64,000 nucleotides of DNA from Narcine bancroftii. Taxonomy: Eukaryota. Each line of letters begins with the position of its first letter. Within the stretch, counting starts at the first letter, position 1. The notes under the pieces are model-generated. The model searched no databases. It was not told where the DNA came from and was given only the letters and a program-made list of their open reading frames with translations. The translations under genes and the position numbers were made by a program. Shown one piece after another: positions 24,301 to 37,820 of this stretch. The DNA lies in NCBI RefSeq assembly GCF_036971445.1, contig NC_091476.1:149420001-149484000 (forward strand). The letters are read 5' to 3'.

Positions 24301-27300
24301 GTATAATCCATGACACTTAACATCTGCCCCTTCTTCATATTGAAATCCTCCAGTCTATCAATATATTACCCTCTTACCTCATCAAGTTTCTGTCTTTCCC
24401 CTTGGCAAATACAGAACAGATGTATTCATTTAAGAGCTAGCCCACATCATCAGGCTTCATACATAGATGACCTCTTTGATCTTAAAGCAGACCCATTCTC
24501 TCTCTGGTTACCTACCAGCACCTGATATATCAATTTCTTGTATCATTACCACAAGTGCATGAAGGATGAAGTATCATAATTCCTGCACCTGATCTCTTCT
24601 ATTTTATTATTCTCATACAACCATATTTGTAATGCAATGATTACAATATAGCAACAGGCAATTTAACATGGACGGGTATGGAAATTAATCAAAAAGCCTT
24701 CAGAGGGGTGGAAAATCAATGGATATAAATAAGATTCTGTTGTACAAAGCCCTGGTTGCACCCTTGACTTCTTATTAGTAGTTCTGGGGTAAATTGTTTC
24801 TAAAGGGCAGCCAATTTCCCACATTGATACTCAATCTAGTGCTTAAATTATGAGGTAAGAGTACATAACCAGGTTTGTGTTATCTGGAGTTTAGAAGATC
24901 ACAGGATGATGACTGAAGTTTTCAAGATGTTAGGAGCCAATGACAAAATACATCTGGTAGTTGCAATATCTGGGAAGAGCAATCACAGTTTAAAGATCAG
25001 AAACTGGACATTTAGATCAAGGAACAGCAAGGGAGAAGGAAGTTTGGAACTCTTTCTGCCACCTGCAAATGATGCAAGATCAATTTGTTACTTTTAAATC
25101 CCAGATCGGCAGCTTTTTGCTGGACCACAGCATGAGTTCATGGAGTGTGAGGCCAGACTCAGGTCACAGAGCAGACACTATTTCACTGGGTTTCTAAATA
25201 GCCTCATAACTATAGCCACTAAAATAAATGGACAATTCTGCCCTACGACCAGCACGTATTTGTGTGTAACCTCCACATGACTGAACTCCTAATCTTATTG
25301 GCCTCCTCTGCTCCTTATCTTTTTATCCTCCTTTCCTTTAATCTATTCTTGATGTCGATCATGGGACTTTGCTTTTGTCAATAATTCTACTGGTGCATTT
25401 CACAACCTCCAAGCTCAATGGAGAAATATTTCTCCTTCTATCCACCTTGTTTTTGCCCATTTAATCTAACATCCATTTTCTCTTCAACCCAACTTCTCTC
25501 ACTATACATCTCTTCTGTCCTATCATTACAAATCTTTGAACAACAGTGATTCCAGGATGGATTTAAATTTAAAATTTAAACCCATCCTGGATTCACTGCT
25601 TCAATAAAAACCACAACTGCTTCAAGCCTTTCTTTGCTCCCTGGATAATGGTGCTGACCCCTTTCCATAAGGTTGATGTATTGCTGACAATGCGAGCCTA
25701 CAGGTCATTTTAATGCCGGGCCTCCGCTTTGAGGCCGGCTCCATCCGCAGAGAAGTATTTGAACTTAACTTTTAAAAGGCAGCTCCTGCACTGTTTTTAT
25801 GAAGCGTCCTCCGGAGCTGATGGAGGATGGGCGACTAGCATTGTAGCACTGCCCGCCAACATGACATCATACACATGCGCCGAGTGGGAAAGAGCCCTAG
25901 AGCAGAATGGTGATCGCAGAGCAGGTGATAAACCATATTTTGTCTGAACTGTCAAGAAGCCAGACTTGCAGTTTTCACTCTTTGCATTTCTGTAAGACAG
26001 CACCTTCCTCTCCTATCAACCCCGAGTGGATTGAATTTCCTTTTTTCACTCAGGGGTCTGAATGACCCATAAGACTGGAATCTCATTGTCCTGTCAGGGA
26101 ATCTCAGCCTATTTTCTGATACATGTTATCCAACTCTTTATAATGTTCATTTAACCTGCCTATTTATTGGCCATTGATAACCAGTAATTGACATGTTTTT
26201 TTTTTGAGTCTGATTCGATAGGAGTGCTTAAGTTATATATTTTCATTATTTAGGTATGTTATTTTCTCACCACATCTGTACTTTTGCCATCACTGCGAAT
26301 TTTGGAACAATTCATTGCAATAGCATTGTCCGATAAGGTCGATCTATAAAGCATCAATGATTTCAATGGGCCAATTTGTACAACTGGCCACCCACAACTA
26401 CCATACACAATCAGTGAAAGGAGATCCAGCAGATGCTTTTTTTAAACCTCCGGTATTATGCACGTATAAAATATCGATGATTGTTGGTTGGCTCCATTAT
26501 TTATAAATGTGTGCAAAACATTTAACGTTTGCTGTCTGTATGCCCAATCCAAATCTGGAACTGTAATCAAAATATCAAAGCCCTGAAAATTCAAGGTAAC
26601 TAATTGGTGTGGAAATGACGCTAGATGGATAGACGGTCTGGAAGGAAAGTGCAGATGGATTTTCATGTCATTCTGGATATTTTAACTGAGAATCGAAAGC
26701 TGTTTATCTTTACATAGATACATAGATATTTATTCCCAGTTCTATCCTCAGAAGTGATTTACACTCAACAACTCATAATTTCATATTAGTGTATAAAGTG
26801 GGGGGGGGGGGGAATGTTGAAGACGGTAATGATAGCCTGCTCGCTGACTTATTCTGTTACGTGGAAACCAACAAGAATAAAATTCATAATTTGTTTTATT
26901 ATAACAACCCGGCCGAGGGAGTAACAATTTATCATTTAAACTATATGAATACTGTAGTCGGTTGAATGGTATGAGCCAATAATTAACGAAGGGATTTCAG
27001 GTTAGCATTGCCTCATTGTGGTTTCTGGCTCCGAGCTGGTTTCTCAGGACCCAGAATGATTGCTCGCTAAGATTTTGACTATTTTTGCAGATATTCTCAT
27101 TTTCAAACTCCTTTGTGTATAAATTGGTTGCAATTTAGAGAAATTCAACGTGAGTAAACCCAGTCACATTTTTTTGATGCCAAATCAAAGCACTTGATGC
27201 AAGAAGCAGTGACAGAACTACCTCATGAGATAAACATAATGAATTCACAGATAACATACTTCCAATTCAGACAATTTTAAGCCTGTTGCATGTTTGTTTT

Positions 27301-27347
27301 CATTCATAGGTTTCGGGTGTTGCTGGGCAAATTATATGACTACCCAA

Positions 27348-30300
27348 TGTTTCGCATCTACCACTACACTGGCCACACTGCTACCAGCCTCCTGCAGGGG
27401 GCAACCACTGTATTTGCAGGCTGGCAACCTGGGAGGTTGGCCCCACCTGTCTGCTGTCAATATAACCTGTCTGCTGGCCCATATAAAGACAAAAGCCGGC
27501 CCTTTTGGCGAACAGTCAGACACGTGGAGCCAGGAGTATACTGAGACCTGGTGTGTACAAGTTTAAGCTAAAGCTGTACAGTCTGTGGACTTTGCATCAG
27601 AATTATTCGCACAGCAGCACTCACAATTTATTTCCATCAAGAGGCTGGATATCGACCCTCAACATCTGGACGCTCCAGCATACTTTGAGATCTGGAAGCA
27701 TGTGATTGAGGTGATCATCCACACACAGGCCAAGGTCATCAACACAAACCAGAAAAAACTCATGGTACTACGTACCAAGCTGGGCCCACCAGATTACCAG
27801 GCTATCTGAGACTGCATGGAATACGAACCAGCAATGGCCATCCTGGAAAGCATGTACATGCTCTACACCTGGTACCTGTTCAGCATCAGTGTACAGCAGC
27901 CAGGTGAGACGGCAGACACTTACCTGGGGGCACTGCGAGAGCTAGATTGAAGCTGGGGAAGTGGAGCAACTTGTCCGAGATGACTGTATGCGAGGGTTGT
28001 GGTCAGGGGTGATTTGACAAAGACTGTTGGAGGAGAATAATGCTTCCCTTACTAGGATCATGGAGGTCGTCCGCTTCCTAGAAGCTGCAGATCACCATGT
28101 AGATGTTCGCCTCTCCCATCCTCTGCCAGGCCGACGCCGACGACAGCAGTCGCTGAAGGGCCCCACATGGATGAGGTAATCACCACCACCGATGTTGTCC
28201 ACCGCTGTAAGTACTGTGGGTCCTGGTGTGGGTCAGACAGGTTCTTCCGAAAGAGCTGCCCAGTGAGGATTACATTACTCCTGATGCGGCAAGAAGGGCC
28301 CTTTCGCTAAAGTGTGCCTCTCCAAACCCACCGGCAGCACCACAGTCCTCCACAATCAACCAGGAACCCCTCTCGATTCTCTGGGTGCTCCCATGTGCAA
28401 ATGCTGGGCAGTGCCATTACTCCGCCTGCACTAACGACATCACTTCTGGCTGTCCAACCTTGCCACCGCCATATGCTCACCATGGGCACTGCCATCTTTC
28501 ATTGCCCAACTTCCGCCCGCACCGATGACGCCACTTCTGGTTGTCTGTCTGTATGTGTGCCATGTGCATCTCTTGGACACTGCCATCATGGGCCAGCAGA
28601 CCCCCATTCACCACAACTCACCGACCAGATGGCGTGGTCAACACTCGTCAAATCCTGTGCTCCTACAGACACCCACTGGCCGCTACTCGCCACAACTGTC
28701 AGGGAGCAGCGACCCCGAGACGGTCCTAGCGTCCACCATGTTAACGAATGACATTCCCCACTGATATGGGCGCTTAATGATGGACATCGCTGTCATCGGG
28801 AAGGTAATAAAATGCCTGTTTGATAGCAGTAATGTGGTCCATATGTGGAAAATTTGCTATCGCTTTCGTGTCCTAGGACCACTCCATTACAGCACTATGG
28901 TGCTGCTAGGTGAACTTGACATGGGGAGGGGGTGGGGGGAAATCATACCAAGGATTCAGGCTACTGGTCATTCCCAAGCTCTGTGCCTTAGTTATCCTGG
29001 GACTACATTTCCAATGTCACCTCTACAGCCTCACCCTTGCCTTTGGTGGCCCACTCCCCCACTCACCATCCATAGCACATAGTGCAGCAACGGCTCTAAG
29101 TCTACCTGCTAACTCTCCACCTTATGGGTGCCCCCTCCATTCCTCTTCAACTACCTGATGCTGGACTGCAAATCTATAGCAGCCAAGAGCAGGTGCTACT
29201 GTGCAGCCGACAGGGCTTTATCAAGGCCGAGGTGAGACGGCTTCTGGCAGAGGGAGTTATAGAGCTCAGCACCAGCCCCTGGAGAGCCCAGGCCCTTGTC
29301 AGAAAAGTGAGCAGCAAACCAAGGATGTTCATCGACTATAATTAGACCATCAACCAGTACACCCTGCTGGACGCCTATCCACTACCCCGCATCGCATGGT
29401 CAACGATATAGCACAGTACAATGATTTTCTTCATGATTGACCTGAAGTCAGCCTACCACCAGCTCTCCATCCATGCCAGGGATAAACCTTGTACCAACTT
29501 TGAGGCAGACTGATGCCTTTACCAGTTCCATCGGGTCCCATTTCCGTGTTCCAGTGGGAGATGGACCACATGGTAGACCGGCACAACCTAAGAGCGACTT
29601 TCCCTTACCTGGATAATGTCATCACCTGCGGTCATGACAAGCAGGACCAAGATGCCAACCTGGAGAGATTTCTCTGGATGGCAGAGCCACTGAACCTTAC
29701 CTACAACAGGGAGAAGTGTGAATTCAGTACCACCCACCTCCCCATCCTGGGGTACATTGTGGAACATGGTGCCATTATTCCCAACCCTGAACCCATGTGC
29801 CACCTTATGGAGTGTGTCCCCCCCACATGCTCAAGGCCTCTTCTCTTACTACTCCCAGTGGGTCCCCCACTTCTCAGACAAGGTCCGCCCACTGGCCCAA
29901 GCCACCACCTTTCCCCTCCCCACTGAGGTGCAAGTGGCCTTCGCCAGAATCAGACAGGACATAGCCAATGCCCTGATGCATGCCGTGGATGAGACCACCC
30001 CATTCCAGGTGGGTGAGTTGCCTCTGATGTTGCCCTCACTGCCACCCTCAATCAAGTGGGCAGACCCATGGCCTTTTTCTCTAGGACCCTCAGGCACTCC
30101 ACCATCAAAAAGGAAGCCCAGATGATCGTGGAAGCAGCCTGCCACTGGTACCACTATCTGGCAGGCAGAAGCTTTACCCTTCTCACAAACCAGCACACAG
30201 TGGCATTCATGTTCAGCACAATCCTTAGAGGCAAGATCAAAAATGATAAGATCTCGTGCCGGAGAGTTGAGCTGGCCACATTCAGCTATGACATCCAGTA

Positions 30301-31683
30301 TAGGCCACGGAAGCTCAAAGACTCCCCTGATGCCCTGTCCCGGACCTGCGCCAGTGTGCAGTCCGAACAGCTTTAGGCACTGCACGGCATCCTTTGCCTG
30401 TACCACTTGATTAAGTCCCAGAACCTCCCCTTCACTGTCGAAGAAGTCCGGACCATGACCGAGTCCTGCAGGGTCTGTGTGGAGTGCAAACCGCACTTTT
30501 TCCACCCACCACAAGCCCATGTAGTAAAGGCACTCGGTCTTTCGAGCAACTCATTGTCGACTCTAAGGGACCACTGCCTTCCATAAATAAGAATGTCTAT
30601 TTCCTCTCGGTCATAGATGAATACTCCTGTTTTCCCTTCACCATCCCTTGCCCTTTCACCTCTACCGCTTCCGTTATCAAGGCACTGGCACAGATCTTCA
30701 CCATGTTCAGATACATGGCATTCATCCACAGTGACCAGGGGTCCAGCTTCATGAGTGAGGAGCTGTATCAGTACCTGGCAATGAGAGGCATCGCGTCTAG
30801 TCGCATGCTAGCTACAACCCCAGGCGCCACGGAGTAATCTGGAAGGTGGTCCTCCTGGCCCTGAGGTCGAAAGGCTGGTCCATCAACTATTGGCAAGGGG
30901 CCCTCCGTGAGGCACTCCATACGGTTGCTCTTGTGCATGGCTACCAATTAGACTCCTCACAAATACTTCTCCCTGCCTGGATGGCTGACATCTCCAAGAC
31001 CAGTACTCCTCCGTAAACACATGAGGACCCACACAAAGCCTGGTCGAGCAGGTGCACCTCCTCCATTCAAACCCAAATTATGCCTACTTCAGGAACCCTA
31101 ATGGACGTGAGGACACCATTTAGACCAGGGACGTAGCACCCCACCCCGGGCACCCTTGGCCCATCCAGCATCCCCATGGGAACCGATACCCTCTCTCTGC
31201 CTCTCCAGAGGGCTCCACTCCCCATGGACCTGTCCCACACCTATACCCCCACTCTGCTGGACACCATCCCGCCACCCCAGACCCAGCCGAGCCTCAGTTG
31301 GCCCTACCATTGACTAGGAGCTTGTCCTGTGACAGTCCCAGCAGCTCAGACGACCGCTAGACTGCCTGAACTTGTAGATACTACTTGGTACTGAGAACCC
31401 ACCCCCCCAGGATTCATTTTAAGAAGGGGTTGAATGTGGTGATACAACCACTACACTGGCTGCACTCCTACCAGCCTATTGCAGGGGGCAACCGCTGTAC
31501 TTGTACCCGGGAGGTTGGCCTCACCTGCCTGCTGTCAATCACCAACCCATATAAAAACTCAAGCCGACCCCTTTGGGGACAGTCAGACATGTGGAGCCAG
31601 GAGTATACTGAGACCTGGTGTGTACAAGTTTAAGCTAAAGTTGTACAGTCTGTGTCAGAACTATTCACACAGCAGCGCTCACA
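27348..31683 (+). mobile_element. Ty3/Gypsy LTR retrotransposon, near full length but decayed (LTRs 27348-27625 and 31435-31683)
   Basis: Two homologous TG...CA LTRs and a polypurine tract AAGAAGGGG just before the 3' LTR. Remnants in order: gag (RLDIDPQ), zinc knuckle (~28205-28315), protease (CLFDSS), RT (SPWRAQ..PRMFIDY, FPYLDNV), RNase H (RPMAFFSRTL..KEA..FTLLTNQ), integrase (IDEYSCFPF, IHSDQGSSFMS). RT-RH-IN order indicates Gypsy. Many stops and frameshifts. Confidence 0.9.
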
Positions 31684-32337
31684 CCCTCTTCAAGGCCAAC
31701 TGCAGTCTTTTTAATTTCATTTAATTTAGACATTGTGGTAAGAATATTCCCAAGATGCAGTCTGGCAGGGTATTCCAGGATGTTGATCCAATGATGTGGC
31801 ATCTCTCGATCAGAGTATTCGTGTGACTCGTAGAGGAATTTGGTGATGACCTCTCCATGTCCTGTTTGTTCCAAATTACAGGCTTAGAACGCACTTTTAT
31901 GAAGCCTCATTGAATTGTCGTGCTTCAATAGATGAAGGATGAAGGAGCAAAGTAGATATTTGACATGATTTTTGCTTTGGGGTGTCTCCTTCTTTAATGT
32001 TGGACCTACCAGTGAATAATTTAATTCTGCCTTGAAAAGACTTTGGAGAGTCAAGATAGTTATCCAGTGTGGATTTCCTGATCTTTGACATGGCCTTGAT
32101 GTCAAAGTTTAGTTGTTTTTGGTGGAGCATCTCTTATTATGTCTCTGCAGATGACAGGCTTCTAAGGCGATATGTTTGACTCTTAGTCAATCAGGTTGCA
32201 GTGGCCAAATCAGACTAGGTAGCACCAGATTTCCTTATTTAAGGAACAAGGTTCTCCCATAATAATGGAGTAGCTGCTCTTTCTGATTCTGAATTATATT
32301 CCAGATGTGTTTCTTCAACTGCTGTATTTTGAAATTT

Positions 32338-32538
32338 TGACATACAGCATGGTAACAGGCCCTCCACAAGCCCTTGCCCCCAAATACATCAATCAACCGT
32401 CAACCGTCATACATTTTTGAAGGATGGGAGGAAACCAAAGAACCTGGACGCAGACACAGAGAGAACACACAAATTCCTAATGGAATATGCAGGATTCCGA
32501 CCCGCTGTTAAAGCATTACGCTCACTGCTACACTAACC
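32338..32538 (-). mobile_element. V-SINE-type SINE (degenerate)
   Basis: GACATACAGCATGGTAACAGGCCC...GGGAGGAAACC homology with other copies. Confidence 0.55.
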
Positions 32539-33214
32539 TGTTGTGAGATTTGAACTCGTAGCTCTAAATGCCCACTAAAGTAACCACTGCCCAGTCGTGC
32601 GCACTGACCTTCCATGACTGATCAGTGATGCAAGAACTTAAGAGAGCATTAAGTTTGATTAACTTGACCCTTTTCACAATCCCCCACTCTTTCAATCTGA
32701 TGGTAGATTTTCTGTCCCTTCTGTAACATTTGAATCTCAAGAAAGTTTATCATAATTGGATGACGGTGTCATTGTGATGTCATCTGCCTGCTCCTAGCCA
32801 TCTGCTTGCAGTGGCCGTACATTTATGAAGTGAGGTGGAGTGCTCCGCTCCACTTCTGCCACAAGCCTTAAGGATCAGAATCAGTGTCTTGGAGCTACTT
32901 CCAGAGCATTTAGGAAGTAGAGTCTACAACGTGAGGGTGGAGAATCTCTGCCTTTACGGTCACATTTTTTCACAACGGCTTAAAGTTGCACAAATGAGCT
33001 CAGTTACATTTCCCCTCCACCACTCCACCAAACAGGCTCTGAAGGGAGGTCTATAAGGGGATGTAGAAATGAGCGCCATTGGAAGTCCACACATTTCTAA
33101 AAGAAAAAACTCTCTGGAAGAGGAAAGTTAAGAAGCAGTAACATATATGAGGAAGTTTGATCGAATTGTAAAACATGACTGCCTACTGAGATGGAAAAAA
33201 AACATTTGCATGTC

Positions 33215-33610
33215 ATCCTTCACATCCACATCGAAAATATCTATGGGGAACATTGCCGTCGGAGAGCAGCAGCAATCATTGAAGATCCGAATCACCCAGC
33301 ACATGCTCGGTTCTCGCTGTTACCATCAGGAAAGAGGTATAGGCGCCACAAGATTCACACCAGCAGGTTCAGGAACAGCTGCTACTCCTCCACCATCAAC
33401 AAACTCCATCGGGTCTCATTTAAGGACTCCTACTTGTTCACTTTAAAGATTTTTTTTCTCTCTGTATTTGTTTACACTTCTTTATTTGTTTACATGTGCA
33501 TGTTGAGTACAGTTTTGTTAATGCACTGCCAATAAGTAGTAATTCTGTCTTGAATCTCAGGGTTATATGTGATGTCATGTATGTACCCTGCATTAAATCT
33601 GAAATTTGAA
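33215..33610 (+). mobile_element. Rex1/Babar LINE 3' fragment
   Basis: IENIYGEHCRRRAAAIIEDPNHPAHARFSLLPSGKRYRRHKIHTSRFRNSCY. Confidence 0.65.
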
Positions 33611-36313
33611 CCTGAGAATGTCCAATGGGCTTTCTAAAAACAGTTAATTGCAGAACACTGACATGAATGTACTCTGAAAATAAATATGAACACAATAACC
33701 AATATGCCATTTCTGACATCTTGTGTAGATTTTAACAATTTTTGGCTTCAGGATAAATATTGACCAGAATAAAAAGCCACTTCCCTCTTCCTTCTTCAAA
33801 AAGGCATTGAAGTCAGCTTGTTTTAGTTTAAAATCCCATCTACGTGACCTTGCATCTCACTACTACAACAGTTTGCCAGCTTAGTTACTCAAGTCCAAGA
33901 CTCTGAAATGGGAAATGAACTCATCAAGCCCCATTCACCCAACACCAATTGACTTTGTGACATGCTTAGGCCAGCAATACCTCAGCTTTAATATTGTTAT
34001 CCTCCTTCTCTCATCACACTGGAATCTCATCCAAAATCCATAACCTTCTCCAAGCCCGTAATTCTTTTAATCCTCTCTGCTCCACCAATTCCAGCCACTT
34101 GCATATTGAGAATGTTCTTTAACCAACTATTGTAGCCTCCAACAATCATGACCCTGTTCTCCCCAAATACTTCAAATTCACATAGACCAATGCTTGCTGT
34201 TTTCCATTCAGTTCAAACACAATCACTCTCTGGGTAATACAGTTAAACACTATCAGGAGGTGTGCTCAGCTCAGGAAGGGAGGCTTCACTCTTTAGTTTG
34301 ACACTGAGAAGTTTGGGAAGGGATTTTCAAATGATAAGGTCCTAGGCAGCTGAAGGCAAGGTAGAAGGGCAAAGGAAGTGGTGGATCAAACAGAGGCTGG
34401 ATTTGAAGAGATGTGGAGATCTCAGAGGACCACACAGCTGGAGGAGGTCACAGTTTGGAAATGACACAGCGACTTACTGAGAATTCATAGGAGCTTGAAT
34501 GAGGGGGGGGGGGGGGGGAAGGGAGGGGAAATACTATCTTTGACATCACTGACAATTTCAGGTTATAAAGTCAAATTTACCCACTGATCTTAGATCTTTT
34601 TATGCTCCTTTGGGTACATGGGTCAGTGCAGAAAGGGAGGCTTCACACTTCTCCCACTCTTCCAAATGCTGCAGTAAGGCAGTTGGCCTGGATGTGGCGC
34701 TGTCCAGCTGCTCCCTTTACATCTGAAACAAAGAAAATCTAAATTCATTAACCCTTTCATCTTTTAAAAAAAGAGGCCCCAGAATGAAAAAATACATCAC
34801 CTGCACTATATAGTCCCGCTGACACTCACCACTCGAAGGTTCCACTGACTGGTGGAACACTGACAACAGAGGTGTGTGCAGTATTGTTCAGTGTAGCTCA
34901 TCCAAACACATCGCTCTCACCCCCCATTTTCTTCCACTAAATACTTTCAACAGTTATCAGCTGGGGGAGGAGATACTACTCTGACCACTTTAAACATTTT
35001 GTTCACACTTCATGATTTCAGGCAAGAAAGAGAGCTCGGGAATGGGGAAGGAGAGGAATTAATAATAATGCTGACAAATCTTTTTTCATATTCCAGACTA
35101 ATCATTAAAATTCATAATTCATCAAAGATGCTCTTCTTTATTTAACATAAGTAACATCTCTCTCTCTCTCTCTTTCCTTCCCCCACCTCCACCACACAGA
35201 TGCAGAAGCTTTTATATTTAGATAAATATGGAAGTTGGTAATTTTGCACAATTCCAATTTGAACAATCATTTGAAACTAAAAAGGATGCACTTGCACTCT
35301 ATGTGATCAAGATCCTTATTTCATCTCCCAAAAGGCAAAAGTGCATTTAAATCAGCATTTTAGCACCTCTGACTGATGCTGCGACCATCCTGGATCATTT
35401 TGGGCTAGGGAAAGGTTAAAGGTGTTACAATCTAGTGGCTTCCTGGCCAGCTCCTGTACCCTCCTTCATTTCCCAACATCCCCTATAAAAAAAAATCATA
35501 ATAATGTTAACTTGAAATATATTGAACAAAATGTAAAGCTGAATTGGTGGGAAGAACTCATTATTATTTAGTAACCTGAAGCAAAATGGTTGTTTACAAT
35601 TTTTAGATGCAAATGTAGCTCTGGGAAATTAGTCAGCTGACATATATTCAGATTTCGATCGCTCACCAACAACATTGGCATAAAATAGGAAAACACCCAT
35701 ATACATTTTAAGTAATATTAACTGGAACAGAGAGGAGGAAGGGATTAGCATTTTGGCTGGAATTCCCTTAAATTTGGAAAATAATGAGGACTCCGACCTC
35801 GATCTGTGTTTTCTTCTTCCAGATGCACACACATCCCCCTCACTATTCACAGCATTTTCTGTTTTTGCGTTATGGAAGTAGATGTGGGGGAGGGGAAGTC
35901 ATCGAGGTGGGGGAAGGGGATGAAAGTAGTGAAGGGTTGTATTAGGGGCGACTCTGCTCAGGCTTCCTTCGCAGTGATTTTTCTTTCTCGAATCTCGTCT
36001 TTGTCAGCCATCAAAAGACACAAAGACCTCAGCACGAAAATCCAGCAATAACAAAGCTGCAATCTGAGCATTTCTCACCATGGTATGTGCAAGAGGGAAA
36101 TAAACACTGAAGATTTGACACAATGAGAGCAGCTAAATGCTGCCTCATGTGTAGGATGTTACGCACAAGCTTAGGCACACAAATGTGCAGATATAATCAT
36201 ATATAATCATTAAATAAACTTGAAATTGGAAAAAAAATTTGGATTGGTGTAATCATGAAGCTATCAGATTGTTGTAAAAACCCGTCCCATTTACCATGGC
36301 TCTTCAAAGCACA

Positions 36314-36899
36314 CTGTATATACTCGATCAATAGTCGCCTTTTGTTGTCCAAAATTGAAGGGGTCACGTATCACATGCATACCTTTGACCCATGGTAAGT
36401 ACCTGTGTCATTCAAGGTGTCGGGAGTTCTGATGGGCATGCAGCTGGGACCAGTTAAGTCTGTGTTCGGGGTCTTGGGAGCTCGAGTGGGCAGGGCGATG
36501 TGGTGAATGTCTGCCAAGCTGCCTGTCTCCCCTCTGGCAAGCCTTGCCGTACTAACATTGGCTGTGCATTATCTCTACTGTTGAGGACATTCCCCTTGGG
36601 TAAAACTGTGTATGCACCTGTTGCCTTTTGTTATTGTACCATGAGTTTCTGCTAATAAAAGCCATGATTATTGTTTGGCCACCTCGTCCTTGTCTACTTC
36701 ATCAACTGGCGCTTCAGGCAGGCGGTTGGGATCAGGTGGTAAATCCATGTTTGGGGCATAGGGATTTCTGAAGGGCGGGCAGCTGGGACCTAGACGAGAG
36801 TCCACTGTCAGGGATTTGAGAGCTAGGATGGGTGGGTGGGTGGGTGGGTGGGGTCAAACATAGGCGGGGGGGGGGGGCGACTATTACGAGTATATATGG
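36314..36899. mobile_element. Non-autonomous Tc1/mariner (Tc2-like) DNA element with a probable solo LTR (36499-36716) inserted
   Basis: Terminal inverted repeats CTGTATATACTCGATCAATAGTCGCC and GGCGACTATTACGAGTATATATGG, followed by TA. Inner segment TGTGGTG...GCTTCA has AATAAA and an imperfect TSD GGCGA/GGCAG. Confidence 0.55.
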
Positions 36900-36900
36900 T

Positions 36901-37019
36901 AAACAGCACCTATTAGCCTGAATATGCCTGGGATTTTCTGATCTCAGAAGCTAAGCAGGCACAGGAATGGTCAGTACTTGGAGGGGAGACCACCTAGGAA
37001 CACCAGGTGCTGTAGTTTT
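36901..37019 (+). pseudogene. 5S rRNA-derived sequence (pseudogene or head of a SINE3, tail to ~37116)
   Basis: CTGATCTCAGAAGCTAAGCAGG..TGGTCAGTACTTGGAGGGGAGACCACCTAGGAACACCAGGTGCTGTAG aligns with vertebrate 5S rRNA including box A, IE and box C; many CpG-type substitutions. Confidence 0.8.
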
Positions 37020-37754
37020 CTGGGAGGGGTGCTGGACAAAGTGGGGTCTCTGTCTGCCTTCTGGCAGATAACAAAGAATTTCATGTATGTTTTCATGTAA
37101 TAATGAAACCTTTACCTAAATCTGCTGACATCTTGGCTGATCTGAGTGTAACTCCAGACGAACCAAGGCAGTCTTCTTCATTGGATGCACAATTAATATT
37201 GTGAATGATTAAATGAAATTTAAAAAATATATACATTTCAGATACAATTTATTATTTCCTCTCCCTGAAGACAGTGATTTAGGAGGAGATATGGGACTGA
37301 ACATTCTTTGATATACTTTGCATTTATGAGATATTGTTAAAGTAAAGCATCACATGAATATCAGCAATGTTTGTAATGTTGATGCAAGGTGACTGGAAGC
37401 TTGAATACTTCTGTTGAATGATAAGGGTAAAACAGGCATAAAAAAAAGGAGGGTCAAGCATCTAATTAACATCTCCGCTTCATGGAGTTCCAGGATGGAT
37501 TGAAACAAGTAGCAAGCAAATATCAATCTTTCAACGCCTGTACTGAATTGGTCATTTCCATGCCAAGGAGCGCAGAAAGTTGCAGAAACTCACAAATGTA
37601 GCCAGATCCATCCGACCTCTCATCCATTAAAGACTTATGTGAGATGCTGCCTCAAGAAGGTAGCCTACACTTACAAAGGAGGGCAAGTCTACAGATCTTA
37701 AAATGAAGGTATAAACGTTGCTGTGGGAAAGTCACAGTGGGGGGGTGGGGGGGG

Positions 37755-37758
<4 letters not shown>

Positions 37759-37817
<59 letters not shown>
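37759..37817. repeat. (GA)n microsatellite preceded by a G-run
   Basis: Direct observation. Confidence 0.95.

Positions 37818-37820
<3 letters not shown>

Noticed and set aside
29849-30520. 223-aa minus-strand ORF
   Set aside because: Antisense shadow of the Gypsy pol region with no recognisable domain.
31740-32230. Several short minus-strand ORFs right of the Gypsy element
   Set aside because: No splice structure or recognisable host protein; probably an old retroelement remnant.
36901-37019. Functional 5S rRNA gene
   Set aside because: Single copy, diverged 5' end, many substitutions, and not in a tandem array.
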